A stretch of DNA of 64,000 nucleotides from Octopus sinensis. Lineage: Eukaryota. The notes beneath the pieces were generated by a model. It was not told the origin of the DNA and did no database searches. It saw nothing but the letters and a program-made list of their open reading frames with translations. The position numbers and the translations under genes were made by a program. Location of the stretch: assembly GCF_006345805.1 (NCBI RefSeq), contig NC_043001.1, positions 113,832,001 to 113,896,000 on the forward strand, given 5' to 3'. Position 1 is the first letter of the stretch, and each line of letters starts with the position of its first letter. Positions 40,402-54,424 of this stretch are shown in pieces.

Positions 40402-41819
40402 ATATTATATATATATTATATATATATATATATATATAAGTGTAAGTATAAGTATGAATAACATATTTGTGCTATCCTGCATTTGCACATACGTACCGAA
40501 TCACATAATACATGCAAAAAAAAAGACATAAACAACCTCTTATTGCAGATATGTTTTAAATATGTTTTATGGTTTTATATACGATAACAACAGGCATCAC
40601 ATGCACATTGAAATAAAAAAAATGAAAATAAGATCATATTTCTCTTTAAATTTTTGTTAGTTGTACATTTGACAAAGCTATATCTGATTGTACTCTCCCT
40701 AACTGATGATCATCTTTCATCACTGTAGCTTCCATGTTCTTCTATTTAGCATGACAAATTATGATTTGAAAGAGATTGACGTAATTTCCATAAAGTTATT
40801 TCCATAATATGTGTATTAACTATCTATGTACATACATATATTCACCATATTCCATCTCAATCTATATGTGTAGTTTGACAGTATTATCTTTAATCTGATA
40901 TTCCCTTTATATTTTGTTAAACCGTCCTAATCCCGCCCTTTGCTATACTTATCCCACTTCTTACCCTCACCTTTCTTTTTTTTGCCTCTCTCTTTCATAC
41001 ATACACACACTCACGCACACACAGACATATACAAATACATACATGCTTACATACTTACATACCTACATACCTATGTATGTATATACGTATGCACGTAGGT
41101 AGGTATGTATATAAATATATATATATGTGTATGCATGTTTATTTATATATATGCATATATATAAATATACATGCATACACACACACATATATATATATAT
41201 ATTTATATACATACCTACCTACGTACATACGTATATACATACATACATATACATCATATATATACATATATATGTCTGTATGTTGGTGTATATTTATATG
41301 TATATCTGGTACACGCACATATGTATGTATACATACATATATGTGTGAGTGTGACGCATATCTCTTTCTCTGTATATAAGTGCTCTGTCTGTAGGTGTAT
41401 ATATATGTGTGTGTGTGTGTGTCCCCTTCATGTATACATTCTTTATTTATTCATACGCGTTAGTGGTACATACATATACATCATATTAAATACATATCCT
41501 AGTCGCTGATTCCTGCCACATTTTCTCTCCGTAATTCCAGAGTTTAATAAATTCCTTATTCAACGTATTTGTCATTTTGTCAGATTTCTGAAGATTCCAA
41601 TTAATGAGTCTTTTGTTGCAACGATGGAAATCTTAACACGGAACAACGGAAGTAAGTTTGCCGTTGGTGACGATTTATGCCAACCACAACGTGATGCATT
41701 TGTCTATTGAACAAGTCCGAGTCGAAATCGTATCATATCCATATAAATATCATCGGCTCTGTACGCACACACTTACGCACACACAAACGCACACATAAGA
41801 TCACACACACTTTCACGTG

Positions 41820-41884
<65 letters not shown>

Positions 41885-42026
41885 TATACACGCGCCGATT
41901 TAGACATACGAACGCACATCTGTATATATATATATAATGACAGAGTCACAGAGAAATATACACAACATGCGAGCACACACACATACATGGACACACGCAT
42001 CATACACGCGCACGCACACACGCACA

Positions 42027-42061
<35 letters not shown>

Positions 42062-42248
42062 TCGTTCAGAAAGGAGCTTGTAGCGACATGTATAATCGCA
42101 TATTAATGACAGGACAATAACAATAATAGCAACACCACCAGCACCACCACCACCACCACTACCGCCACAAACAACAACAACAGCAATGATATTATGGACA
42201 GTGTTGACGTTTGAGGTGGTGGTTCTTCATCGTCTTCATATTCTTCTT

Positions 42249-42283
<35 letters not shown>

Positions 42284-42294
42284 TATTATATTTC

Positions 42295-42521
42295 TTTACT
42301 ACCCACAATGGGCTAAACATTGAGGGGACAAACAAGGACAGACAAAGGGGTTAAGTCGATTACATCGACCCCCAGTGCGTAACTGGTACTTATTTAATCG
42401 ACCCCGAAAGGATGAAAGGCAAAGTCGACTTCGGCGGAATTTGAAATCAGAACGGAGCGGCAGACGAAATACGACTACGCATTTCGCCCGGCGTGCTAAC
42501 GTTTCTGCCAGCTCGCAGCCT
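42295..42521 (-). mobile_element. SINE family D, full length
   Basis: Minus-strand head GGCTGCGAGCTGGCAGAAACGTTAGC (A box), GATTTCAAATTCC (B-box-like), and central GCCTTTCATCCTTTCGGGGTCGAT. Confidence 0.88.
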
Positions 42522-42848
42522 TAATTATTATTATTAATATTGTTGTTCATGCTGTTGCTGCTGTTTTCGCTGTGTGTAAATATCAGTGGCGTTCGTGGAC
42601 GCGGTGTTATATGATGACACAAACGATAATGGTGACAATGATTTTAATGATGACAATCGTGATGACGATGATGATGATGGTGATTGAAGTGGTGCTAATG
42701 GTGGTGAGGTGAAAGTGGTTGACAATTACTGCATCGACGACGACGAGGCCGACCACGGCGATGAAAATGATGAAGATGAGGAACAAAAAGCCAAACCCAA
42801 ATAGAGGAAGCAACAGGGAAAAAGGTAGCAGTAGTAATGACAGCAGCG

Positions 42849-42902
<54 letters not shown>

Positions 42903-42914
42903 ATGGCAGCAGTA

Positions 42915-42950
<36 letters not shown>

Positions 42951-43247
42951 AATGATGTCAGGGTGTTGTGGGGGTGGTGAAAGTGGCAGATAAAGGATGG
43001 AGGTTAAGATGGGGGGTGGAGGAAAAACGAGGATATTAATCAACAATTTAACAGCTTTCAAAGAACAAGCAATCAAGGACGTGTTGCCGAGTTACCAATA
43101 ATTGTGTTGTTAACTAGAACGAGAGAAATCATCTACGTGTAGATCGAAGCCAATAACATTTACGATGATTGCCATCTAGCCTATGTATAGCATTAGTATC
43201 CTATGTGTATTTATAAGTACACATGTATATATATATATATATATATA

Positions 43248-43355
<108 letters not shown>

Positions 43356-43367
43356 TATATATAAATA

Positions 43368-43407
<40 letters not shown>

Positions 43408-43637
43408 AACATATGTGTATTCACATACGCAACACACACACATATATCTATACACGTATATACGTATAGGTAGGTAAATATATTTGGCGGAAACCGTTTG
43501 TAATAATGAATAATATTATCAAACAGTTATTGCTGTTCCCTCCCAAGGTGATATCAGTAGTACTCATATATTTATGTATGTATCAAAGCTACTAATCTAT
43601 CTTTATATGCATGTGTGTATGTGTGAGTGTATATATA

Positions 43638-43687
<50 letters not shown>

Positions 43688-43688
<1 letters not shown>

Positions 43689-43875
43689 GTAGCCGTATTT
43701 CGTCTGTCGTGTACATTCTGAGTTCAAATTCCACCGAGGTCTACTTTGCCTTTCATCCTTTCGGGGTCGATAAATTAAGTACAGTTTCGCACTGGGGTCG
43801 ATGTAATCGACTTAATCCCTTGTCTGTCCTTGTTTGTCCCCTCTGTGTTTAGCCCCTTGTGGGTAGTAAAGAAAT
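43688..43875 (+). mobile_element. SINE family D, 5'-truncated
   Basis: GAGTTCAAATTCC...GCCTTTCATCCTTTCGGGGTCGATAAATTAAGTAC...GTGGGTAGTAAAGAAAT. Confidence 0.85.
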
Positions 43876-43969
43876 ATATATATAATATATATATTTATAT
43901 ATTATATATATATAATATATACACACACACATTCATACACACATATATATGCATGTGATGTGTGTGTAT

Positions 43970-44024
<55 letters not shown>

Positions 44025-44572
44025 ACATATATTATTCAGTTTGTATAAGCCTGTAAAAGTGCGCAGAATTTTGGATCACCAAATGGCCTTTTGCGATATG
44101 CTTATAGCCAGGAACTTTGGAACACCGCTTCGAGTATATGTACATTATATAATATATATATTTATTTATTTATACATAGAACATTTATATTTTGTATGTA
44201 TATATATATATGTGTGTATATAAATGTATATATGTGTATGTGTTTGCGTGTGTGTGTGAAAGACAGGCCGCGATCTGGCAGATACTTTAGCACTCTGCAA
44301 AAGATAATTAGTAGCGTTTCATCCGTCTTCATATTCTGAGATCAAACGCAACCGAGCTCGATTTAATTGAGTCCTCTTCCTGGACCGAAACTTGTAACGA
44401 CACATGCATGCATACATACATACAAACATACATACATACATACATACGTGTATACCTAGTTAATACGGAAGTACGTATGTTCATACATATATACACAATA
44501 CATTTATACATACATGCATGATTACATACATGCATGCATGCACACATACATACATACATGCATACATACTTT

Positions 44573-44790
44573 GAATGGTATGCGTTTGCAATCCAGAAAC
44601 AGGAAATACGAACCAAATACCTGATGCACAAAAAGGATTGTGATACAGGAAAAGGCAGTAAAATGTGACAACCGATGTAGACTTTGTGGAATAAAAATAT
44701 CATAAGCATTTGCTCGAAAATGTAATCATGCTACTATCTACTGAGGAGACATAATGTAGCTAGAACATGCTTTACTGTTGAAAATCTTTT
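44573..44790 (+). pseudogene. Fragment of an RLE-type LINE (R4/Dong-like) C-terminal region
   Basis: Translation EWYAFAIQKQEIRTKYLMHKK...CDNRCRLCG...RHNVA across frameshifts fits the CCHC and RHD/N motif that precedes the restriction-like endonuclease. Confidence 0.55.
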
Positions 44791-46412
44791 CAAATAAATG
44801 AAACCGGTTATGTTAATAACCGGTTTCAGACTCTCTTCTTTTTACATACGTACATACATACATACATACATGCATACATATATATATATATATATTATAT
44901 ATATATATAATATATATATATATATGTATGTATGTATGCGTGTATGTATATATATATGTATATATATATATCATATATATATATATATAATATAATATAT
45001 ATATTATAATATATTATATTATATATATATATATATATCCGTGTGTACGCGCACGTTTCTGTATGTTTTCGAGCTAGAAATGGAAATCATAGCCCCAAGA
45101 GCGAAACATTTAGGTCAGGTCATGAATAATTCACATATCTTAAATTAAGTTGGAGTTAGGAAAAGGTTTACGATAAAATGAACCAAGTTTGAAACAGAGG
45201 AGCTATATGCATGCATGTATGTATGTATGTATGTATGTATGTATGTATGTATGTATGTATGCATTATGTATGTATGCATTATGCATGTATGTGCCTATGT
45301 ATGTATCTATGTATGCACGCACGCATGTATATACGTACGTATGTATGTATGTGTTTAGGTATGTACATGCCTACGTACGTATCTATATATGTATACATAT
45401 GCATCTATATATGTATATATACGCACAACACAATGACGTGCATATTTATTTTTAATGCGTTCCGGCAGATTCCGACGTGAATGTGTTGATCGTTATTGTA
45501 TTTCGTCTTCGGAGAGAAACTATCCTTTCAGACGATAGCTGTTCATGACACACTCGATTCACTGCATGATGACACAAACACACGCACGCGCACGTACGCA
45601 CAGGCATAGTACACACACACACGTGGCCAGAATCTCTTCTGCCCACTCGAATTTCCTTCAACAGATATTATCAAATGAGGACTTGCGAGTGGTTGTGAAT
45701 GAAAAATGTGTTTAGTTTAACTAAGTCATAAACTCTTCACCCTATATTAAATACTTTCTTCTTGATTCAACTGCAAACCATACCAAAACGAGAAGCCATA
45801 GCTGATCTTAGTATATATTTCAATAATCTCTTTACACGGCACAACTCTGAGTTTTCATCATTCACCTCCAACAATCTCGTAACTTAGCAAACTTATCGAT
45901 AAATATGCAAGGGAGGTAAATCTAAATTTTATGGCCTATAAATGCTTTATAGATGCGAACTTGGCGTATGTTTGCACATTTGTATTTTGAAGTTATGGCA
46001 TATTTGTGTGCGTTCGCATATGCATGTGTCTATGTATGTTTATGTCAATGAGCTGTTTTAGTGTTTTGAATTCCTTTCATGTCTGAAGCACTGGAGTATG
46101 GAAATTAGTTTTCCATTCTTTTTTTCTGGTGACAATTATGTATAATATTTCTTTTATTGATGTTTAAAATACACACACACACACGTATGCACAAGCACAG
46201 GCATGCGTGCACATGCAGGAGGCATGTTACATATGTGTGTGTGAATGTTTTTCACATGCGCCTGAGTTTCTAATAGAATGTTTTTTTGCATTTTAATATG
46301 TATATGCTGTTGTAAGAGATGAAGAATATATGCGCATGTGTTGACTACACATTAGAAATAAATCATACGATATAGTAGAGCATCATGTTTCGTTTAGTCT
46401 TGGCAAGCTATT

Positions 46413-46985
46413 TGAGAGTAGAGAGGCATGTTTTGTCTAGCGAATGTTTTAAAAAAAGATGGGTGAATGTAGCAAGGATGGCACGTATGAATGACGAAGC
46501 CACCTTGAGCATAATCCTATGAACCCAGAAATTGAAACCAAAGGGTTACCAACTTGCAAACAAATGTGGTAACATATAACAATATTGACCAAGGTTACCG
46601 TAGTCTTTTTCGTAGGCTTTTCTTCCCACGGATAAACCTTACTTGCTTTCCCCTTTACACCATATATCATAACACTGTGATACACGATCCCTATTGATCG
46701 TTTTTTTTCCTCTTCCCCTTTTTTCCCCTTTTTTCTTCTTTTTTCATTTCTCTTTTCTTTTGTTCCTTTTCCTTTTTTTTATTTTTCCTTTTTTCTTTTT
46801 TCTTTTATTTATTTATTTATTTTTTGTTCTTTTCTTCCCTTTTACGATCCCTCTTGATCGAAAACCTACGCCACCCCCTTTTCTGTTTCTTTTTTCTTTG
46901 TTTTTTTCATCCCCCAAAAGAAAAGCTCTACCTTGTAACTTGTCCCGTCTGTGTGCAGCCCTATGTGGCCAATAAAGAAACTTAT
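46413..46985 (+). mobile_element. Second, shorter copy of the Tx1/L1-like 3' end
   Basis: Highly similar to 26693-27260, from GAGAGTAGAGAGGCA to GCCAATAAAGAAACTTAT. Confidence 0.8.
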
Positions 46986-47362
46986 TTAATATTCTTAGAG
47001 CTTTTAATTTTGCAGCTACCGTTGTTTTTTTAGCAGAAACTTCCCAGATATCACATCTGCATTTTTAGGACATATAGTATAAATTCCTGGATTCCCATAG
47101 ATTTTGTTCTGCTTTCTGAACAAATGCAGTTCACTAAATAAAATTTGAAGACGTTACTGTATTAACATCGTGAAATTTAATCAAAAGCGCTCATCAGAAA
47201 CTGTATAAGGTAATTCCAAACATCCACACTGAGGAATTACATAACTCGTTTTTGTAGATGTTTTTTCTGAGTGTGATACAACGAGACAAGCATGATTTAA
47301 AGACGTTATTGCGTGTTTATATTCACAGGTTCATACATAATGCACTCGTATATGAATCCGTA

Positions 47363-47773
47363 TACTCTTTTACTCTTTTACTTGTTTCACTCTTGTGACG
47401 GTGGCCATGCTGGAGCACCGCTTTTAGTCGAGCAAATCGACCCCAGGACTTATTCTTTGTAAGCCTAGTACTTATTCTATCGGTGTCTTTTGCCGAACCG
47501 CTAAATTACGGGGACGTAAACACACCAGCATCGGTTGTCAAGCGATGTTCGGGGGACAAACGCAGACACATAAACATATACACACACATACATATACACA
47601 TATATACATATATACGACGGGCTTCTTTCATTTTCCGTCTACCAAATCCACTCACAAGGCTTTGGTCGGCCCGTGACTATAATAGAAGACACTTGCCCAA
47701 GGTGTCACGCAGTGGGACTGAACCCGGAACCATGTGGTTGGTAAACAAGCTACTTACCACACAGCCACTCCTA
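47363..47773 (-). mobile_element. SINE family A, full length
   Basis: Reverse complement of the intact family A head-to-tail structure, with (TACTCTTT)n at the left. Confidence 0.92.
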
Positions 47774-47840
47774 TGTATGTATGTATGTATGTATGTATGT
47801 ATGTATGTATGTATGTATGTATGTATGTATGTGTGTGTAT

Positions 47841-49571
47841 TGTAGCTAAAATGGTACTCCTCTTTCCACGTGACAAAGCGGTATGATAGAGCCATAATAA
47901 AGTCAGACATTTAGACGAAAAACCGGTAAAATTATGGAAAACTGTTCGTGGGTCTAGTGGAGTTGCAAAAACAGCAATAACAATAAATCAAAGAACAACA
48001 AGAACAATAAAAATGCTACAACTAATGAAGTTGGTAAGAAAACTGAAAAATAGTTTTCGCCAGACCATGTAACAAATTCAGTAAATGAATTTAAATATGA
48101 ACCAGAAGAAGGAGTCACCTTCGAGGCATATTAAGGAAGATTTGGAACAAATTTTCGAAAAAGAATGCCAAGACTGAAGGGAGGAAATGAAAACGCGTCT
48201 AATTTTGAGGAAACTGGCGACGACAGAGCATGATAAACACTGTAACTTTATATTGCTCCCAAAAAGATTCTGACATAAATTTAACGGACACAATTGACAT
48301 TTTATGTAAGACGTTCAGTTAAGAAATATCGTTATTCAACACACGTTGGGGGTGTTTGGACACGGAGAAAAGCATTGATGAAGACTTTACTACATATGCG
48401 GGTAGAGTGAACAGAGAGTGCGTGAGATTTAAACTGGATAAACAAACTGGTTTTTTGTTCAGAGACTTATTCGCAAGATTTGGCAGTCCAGACGTGATTA
48501 TATCTAATAATGGAACACGATGTGTGTCCAATGAATTTAGAAAATCCTCCGAAATGTCCATGGTAGAACATCAAAAGATAGCGCCTCACCATCCCAGATC
48601 AAATGGCCAAGCAGAGCGTTTTGTGGACTCTTTTAAAAAGCTTGAGAAAAGCAAACAAAGAAGTCACGGACGAAGTTGCTCTGCAACAATTCTTGAGGGT
48701 ATACAAGGTGACACCGAACCCCAGAAACAACAGCAGAAAACTCACTAGCAGAACTGATTTTCGCGAGGAAGGTAAAATAAGTTTTTGATAAACTGTTACC
48801 TGGCGAGGAAAGAAAAAGTACCCGGAAAGTCAATCCAAAATTTTCAAAAATGGGTGTCTACCCGAGGTCGTATGAAAACGCAAAACAATACCGAGAAGGC
48901 AAAATTACAAAGTACATAAACAAATGGTGTACGGAATTAATAGCAGAAAAGGTATAGAAAAAAGATACAGAAACCATTTGAAGAAGAGATTCATAGAAAA
49001 TGAACCAGACAGATTAGAAGAACCTGTGAATGGCTATAAGACACATTCCAGGTACAATCACCGTTACAGGTGGTTGAATCCACGCATACAAGTGGAAGAA
49101 AGACGAAGAACGCGGAGTTCTTACAAATAGACGCCAAAAAGAAGAAAAATATATAGTTTCAACAGTGGTGCCCCAGCATGGCCGCAACTTTCAGGCTGAA
49201 ACATTTTCAAGGATTTAAGGATTTAAGGAGATGGCCAAAAAAAAAAACGCTAAAGAGGGAGGACGGGTGAATAAAGTAAAAGGAAATTACTTGATTCCCA
49301 AAGGAAAAAGAACTAAAAGGGCAGCTATTGTGAAAATGGTGCACCCCTTCCCACGTGAAAAGTGTATGACAGCACCTCTCAGTCAATCGTTGTAGGAGGT
49401 CAGTAGTATTAGAGTCGTGGTAAGAGTTCTCAGTTGGAGTCAGTGTGAGTTACGTGATATATGCGAGTTCGAGTTACCATCAAGGTAGACGTTTCGAAGT
49501 CATTGGGGAGTTATCAGCGATAGCACGATAGACGAATCAAAGTTAATAAGATGCGGAATACTACTGCAACA
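47841..49571 (+). mobile_element. Internally deleted Ty3/Gypsy LTR retrotransposon
   Basis: A gag-like region (EFKYEPEEGVTFEAY..F..IF..LILRKL..H..NFILPK) is fused at ~48440 to an integrase core (RDLFARFGSPDVIISNNG..EF..PHHPRSNGQAERFVDSFKK..LQQFLRVYKVTP). Homologous LTR starts at 47841 (TGTAGCTAAAATGG..CCACGTGA) and 49329 (TGTGAAAATGG..CCACGTGA). The LTR ends are tentative and no TSD was found. Confidence 0.75.
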
Positions 49572-49725
49572 TATTAGTGGTGACAATAATGTTACAGTGC
49601 GGACAGCATACAAGTGGACGAGGATCCACATTATAACAGTATGTAAGTATATTCGTATATGTGCATATAGATATGTATATATATGTGTGTGGGGGGTATG
49701 TGTGCATATATATTATATATATATA

Positions 49726-49781
<56 letters not shown>

Positions 49782-49931
49782 TTGTGTATGTGTACATATA
49801 CCTTAATGAACATATATATTTATATATGTGTATACATACATATATATATACATATACACACACAACCACACACTCATACGCACGCACACACACACACACA
49901 CGCATACACACACACACACAGACACACACAC

Positions 49932-49966
<35 letters not shown>

Positions 49967-51896
49967 AATGCACACGAATGTATACACACACGCAGTGAAT
50001 TCCGTGGTTTAGATACTATTTCTTGTTCTGATAATGTTCTTGCACTTCTTCATTAAATTGTTGTTCTGTTATTTCTTCTTTACCTTGTTATCACCTTCAT
50101 CATCAACATCGTCGCTGTAGGTTTCCTCAATTTGATGTTGGGACAATTGACTAAACGAGTTATTACTGTCTTTTCAATGATACTGCTCTCTGTGCATAAC
50201 GCAGTCACTTATCACTCAAACCATACCGACCAAGTAACAATGGCGAATAATAAGAAATGTAATACAGACGATTGAAAAAAAGCATATAATGACCACGCTG
50301 TATACTTGATGAATGTTAGCAGTAGTTTGAAGTCTGTATTTATTGTTGGTCGTTTTTTACTTGTAATGAATGAAGCTTCTAAAGGTATGTCCTATTATTT
50401 CACATACAATGAAACAGTATCAGACAATGACGCAATACCAAATCATGGAATTGATGTATCGGATTTCGTAAAACATAATTGTGGTTTTTACCCATCATGT
50501 TTAAAGCATTGTAACTCAGCTCAAATTAGATAATATTAATCAAAATAGCAACCATTGGAATCTACACATTTTTGCCAAAAAGAAATACGTCTATCTTTTC
50601 AGACAGCTTACAATTCCGGAGACCTGGAATCGATTAATCCTTTTGTATCATTTAAAACTGATGCTCTGTTTTCGAACACCATCTTTAGCAGGAACTTATA
50701 AGACGCTGGTAGAAATGATAGTCGATCGGAGAGATTGAGAAAGAGATGCATTGCGCGATTGGTTTAATTTCTGCAGTCAATGCCAGACAAGTGGTCGTGT
50801 ATTGCAAGAGATTATGCGGCCTTTTGTTTTGTAGTAACAATGCAAGACGTAGACATTGCAGTTCGTCATGCGTTTTGTTGATTTTCTTACAATAATTTTC
50901 TGCTGTGATTCTTTTCACAGCACTCTTTTTGTTGTGGATGGTTTCACTTGCGCACCAAAAAAACGCATGACGATATTAATCTGTTGATACTCCATCGGCT
51001 TGGTAACATGTTTTGTTACTTCACTTCGATCTACTCACTAAGCGGTGCACAATCAGTTCATGTACCGAATTTCGTTTTTGTCGCAGGTCACAATGTACTC
51101 AAGAAATGAATTGATTTTATTCAAGCGCAGAAACGCAGACAGACTTTATAAAGGCGGCATTATTTAGTCTTTCAATACATGCCTCACCCGTTTGCAGAGA
51201 CGTTTTAGTTTACGTCCTGAAGGACAAGTTGAATTATCACCGTAAGGGCAACGTACCTGGGATTCCTCCCATTGCTTTACTCTGGTCTACTTCCTTGATG
51301 AATCGCACTTGATCGATATCAATTGTAGACTGCCGTCTGCGAAAGCTTTCTGTCTCAAAGCTCCTATCTTCCAAATTTATTTAAGAATGCTGAGCTGTAC
51401 GTTAGTAAACAATTTTCTGATTCGAATGTTTGATTACTATTGCAAGTATCTTCCTCTGTCCTACATTACATTTCGATCTCACAAAAATTGATTAAGTTAT
51501 CGTTTTTATCTTTAATTCGACAGTTGATAAGGAAACACGAGTAAACAATGGCTGAAACAAAAACTATAAATATTACTTCATATAGTGAAATAGTTGAAAA
51601 TGTTATATCACATAAACTAAGCTAAAGATACGTTTATTTCAAAGTAAGCAGCAAACCGTGAAACTAGCAAAAGTAAACACAATTATTTGTTTGTTGATAC
51701 GTGCACATGATAATATTTCGTCGGTTTGGCAGATTTTAACACACAATAGTAAATGGTTCATTTGCTAAATTCTATAAACAATATGTAGCAATACTAATTT
51801 AGTTTAACAGTCCGTGGATTGCTTTGACTGAAGTGACACAACCAAATCTGAACACCATTGTATTTCAAAGTTATCTTACCTCAATGAGAAATATAT

Positions 51897-51950
<54 letters not shown>

Positions 51951-51951
<1 letters not shown>

Positions 51952-52130
51952 GTTAATCCAAACAAGAAAGCACAAAAAAACACAACAACGCGAGGACGTG
52001 GAACAAATATAGTATTATTGGACGTTCAGGAAAGAAGGAAAGAAGGAGGGTTTAACGTTTCGAGCGGAGCTCTTCATCGGAAACATAGAAGGAAAGATCC
52101 AGAGAAGGGAAGACAGCAATTGAAGATGAA
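51951..52130 (-). mobile_element. Short element carrying a degenerate minimal-hammerhead-like motif (possible PLE terminal repeat)
   Basis: Minus strand GTTT-CCGATGA-A-GAGC[TCC]GCTC-GAAA-CGT-T-AAAC (52084-52050). The element ends ...GGATTAAC(TA)n. Confidence 0.5.
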
Positions 52131-53089
52131 AAAAAAAAGGCTCAATGACAAGAAATCTCTCACATGCTTGGCTCCGTGTAGGGCACTCTACGACGTACGA
52201 ATTGCGCAGTCTAAATGAACAAAAATGTACCACCTATACAATAATGGGAAAAGTTGTTTATTAATGACTTGGAAGAATGTAACATTTACTTAAAGAAAGC
52301 AATTACTGTTGTCTAAATTGTCTTGAAAATTATTAAAAATTCCAATTTGAATATGTTTTATTTTAATCAAAATATCGTTTTCAAGTTACTTTTCCACACA
52401 ACGATTAATTTTTATTCATTACGAAATAACGATTTTTAAAATAATCTTACACTGCGAGCTGGCTTTTATTAAGGTCGTACAGATTTATCTCTTTCTTTCC
52501 ACATCCACTGTGGGTGTTATTGTAGTTCACATGCTGAGCAAAAAGGAAAAAAATATATAATTTCCTATGTCTGTATATTTGTAGGTGTCAGCTTATATAA
52601 ATTATTAATCCGTAAGTGTTCGATTGTATATGTTGACGGAGCTGAAATAAGCTATCATGTGTTAGAATCAAAAGCAAGATTTTTCAATATGATTTCTTCC
52701 AGTATATCATCCACTATCATTTTCGTGATGCCTTTAAAAAAATAATTTCTACATCGAGATTATGAGTCTCTATCCTTAAAAAAAATATTAATTGATTTTG
52801 ATTAAAGCAATTTCTAGAAAAATATACCGTTTGCTTTTGAAGTGTGTAAATATATATTCTGTTTGCATTTGGAAGCTTTAGCTGTTTTGCTTTCTGATAA
52901 TTTGAAACTGACGTTCCAGTTCGAATTTATTAAAGATAAAATATGATTACTGTAATATTCTACTGAAATATATATTTTACAAAACAAAATATATTAATAC
53001 ACATACACTTTAAATGTGAACTAAGTATATACAAAAAAGAAATAATATTCAAACTATTTAAATGCAAATGATATTTATTGTTACTTAGC

Positions 53090-54166
53090 CCGTCTGTAAC
53101 GCTTTCGCATGATTAGTTGAAGGGAAACGATGTGCAACAGAAAAGAGGGAAAAAGAAATCCGAGAGAGAAAAAAGACGGAAAGAGAAAAAGAGGGAGAGA
53201 GAAGCGTCTATGATGTGAGTTAGTGGGAACGTAATTGTAACGCCTTCACGTTGTTGCTTAAAGGAAAAGTGAGAACAAGAGGGAGAAAAGAAATGAGAGG
53301 GAAAAGAGGGAGAAAGAAAAAGACAGAGAGGAACGTCCATGATGTGAGGTAAGGGCAACTAATGTTTATTACATGGTTAAAAAAGTTAGTTGAAGGTAAT
53401 GATATAGAGGAGAATTAGTTAGGATTATAAGTTTAGCAGAGGGGTGATGTTCTGATGGTGAGGCTAAAGAAAGGCAGAGAGAGAGAGAGAGAGAGATAGG
53501 AAAGGGGAGAGAGAGAGAAATGGGAAGAGAGGACGGGGAGAGTGGGGGGAGAGAGAGAGGAAGGGGAAGAGAGGACGGAGAGAGTGGGGGAGAGAGAGAG
53601 GAAGGGCGAAGAGAGAACGGGGAGAGTGGGGGAGAGAGAAAGAGAGATGGCGGTGGTGGTGTGGTAGTGGCAGTGGAGATGGTGGGAGTGGAGGCGGTGG
53701 GGTGGCGGTGGTGAATGGACAGTGAAAAGCATATTTTATTTTTAATAATCGAACTGTTTTTTTTATCACTTAACGCATGCGCATAATTGCAATTCCGTGA
53801 AATATTCCCGCTTATTTACGTGGCAGCTGTATGCTATTTAACTAATGTCTCTATCATATGTACGGCGATGTATTTTTCTCAATGTTTATGGGAAAAGTGG
53901 AAAAATAAGAGTGGATATTTATTTTATGAGTGCCGTGTATTAAGTCTATAATACTGTGCATAAAGTATATAAAGTCTATATATTAAATATATTAAGTAAT
54001 CATCGTATTCGAATTTCTTTCACTTTTCAACGAATAGCAGATGAGCCAGTATCTTTCCATAGAAACACGATACAGGCTACGCTCTGAGGCTTTTTGGATA
54101 AAGTATTCAGAAATAACCCAATAGGGTTTTCCCTTAATTTCGTGAAGTATTCACGGGTCCCGCTAG
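53090..54166 (+). mobile_element. Helitron-like element (3' end seen, 5' end uncertain)
   Basis: Hairpin CGTGAA-GTA-TTCACG (54141-54155), then GGTCCCG-CTAG|T (CTAG at 54163-54166). The AG-rich interior has internally repeated blocks. Confidence 0.4.
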
Positions 54167-54339
54167 TATATATAAATACGACTGTTTCAACTTTGATAAA
54201 ATAAGGGTACGCTCAGGCAGTTTCTCTGTGTTGTACACAAGTGTGCCAAACATACACACACATTAAACTAACATTTACACACATTAAAAACACCCTAGCA
54301 TATAAATTAATGGACTAGCCCATTATCTCGGTGTACAGA

Positions 54340-54370
<31 letters not shown>

Positions 54371-54424
54371 TATCTTATTGGTAGTTATTATAATCATAAG
54401 CCATTGGAAAAATAGTTATAAAAA

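Noticed and set aside
45469-45540. Plus-strand reading FRRECVDRYCISSSERNYPFRR after a CAG acceptor, resembling a neuropeptide with a C-x4-C ring
   Set aside because: No upstream signal-peptide exon was found, it matches no peptide family I can name, and it overlaps an equally plausible minus-strand frame. Chance is the likeliest explanation.
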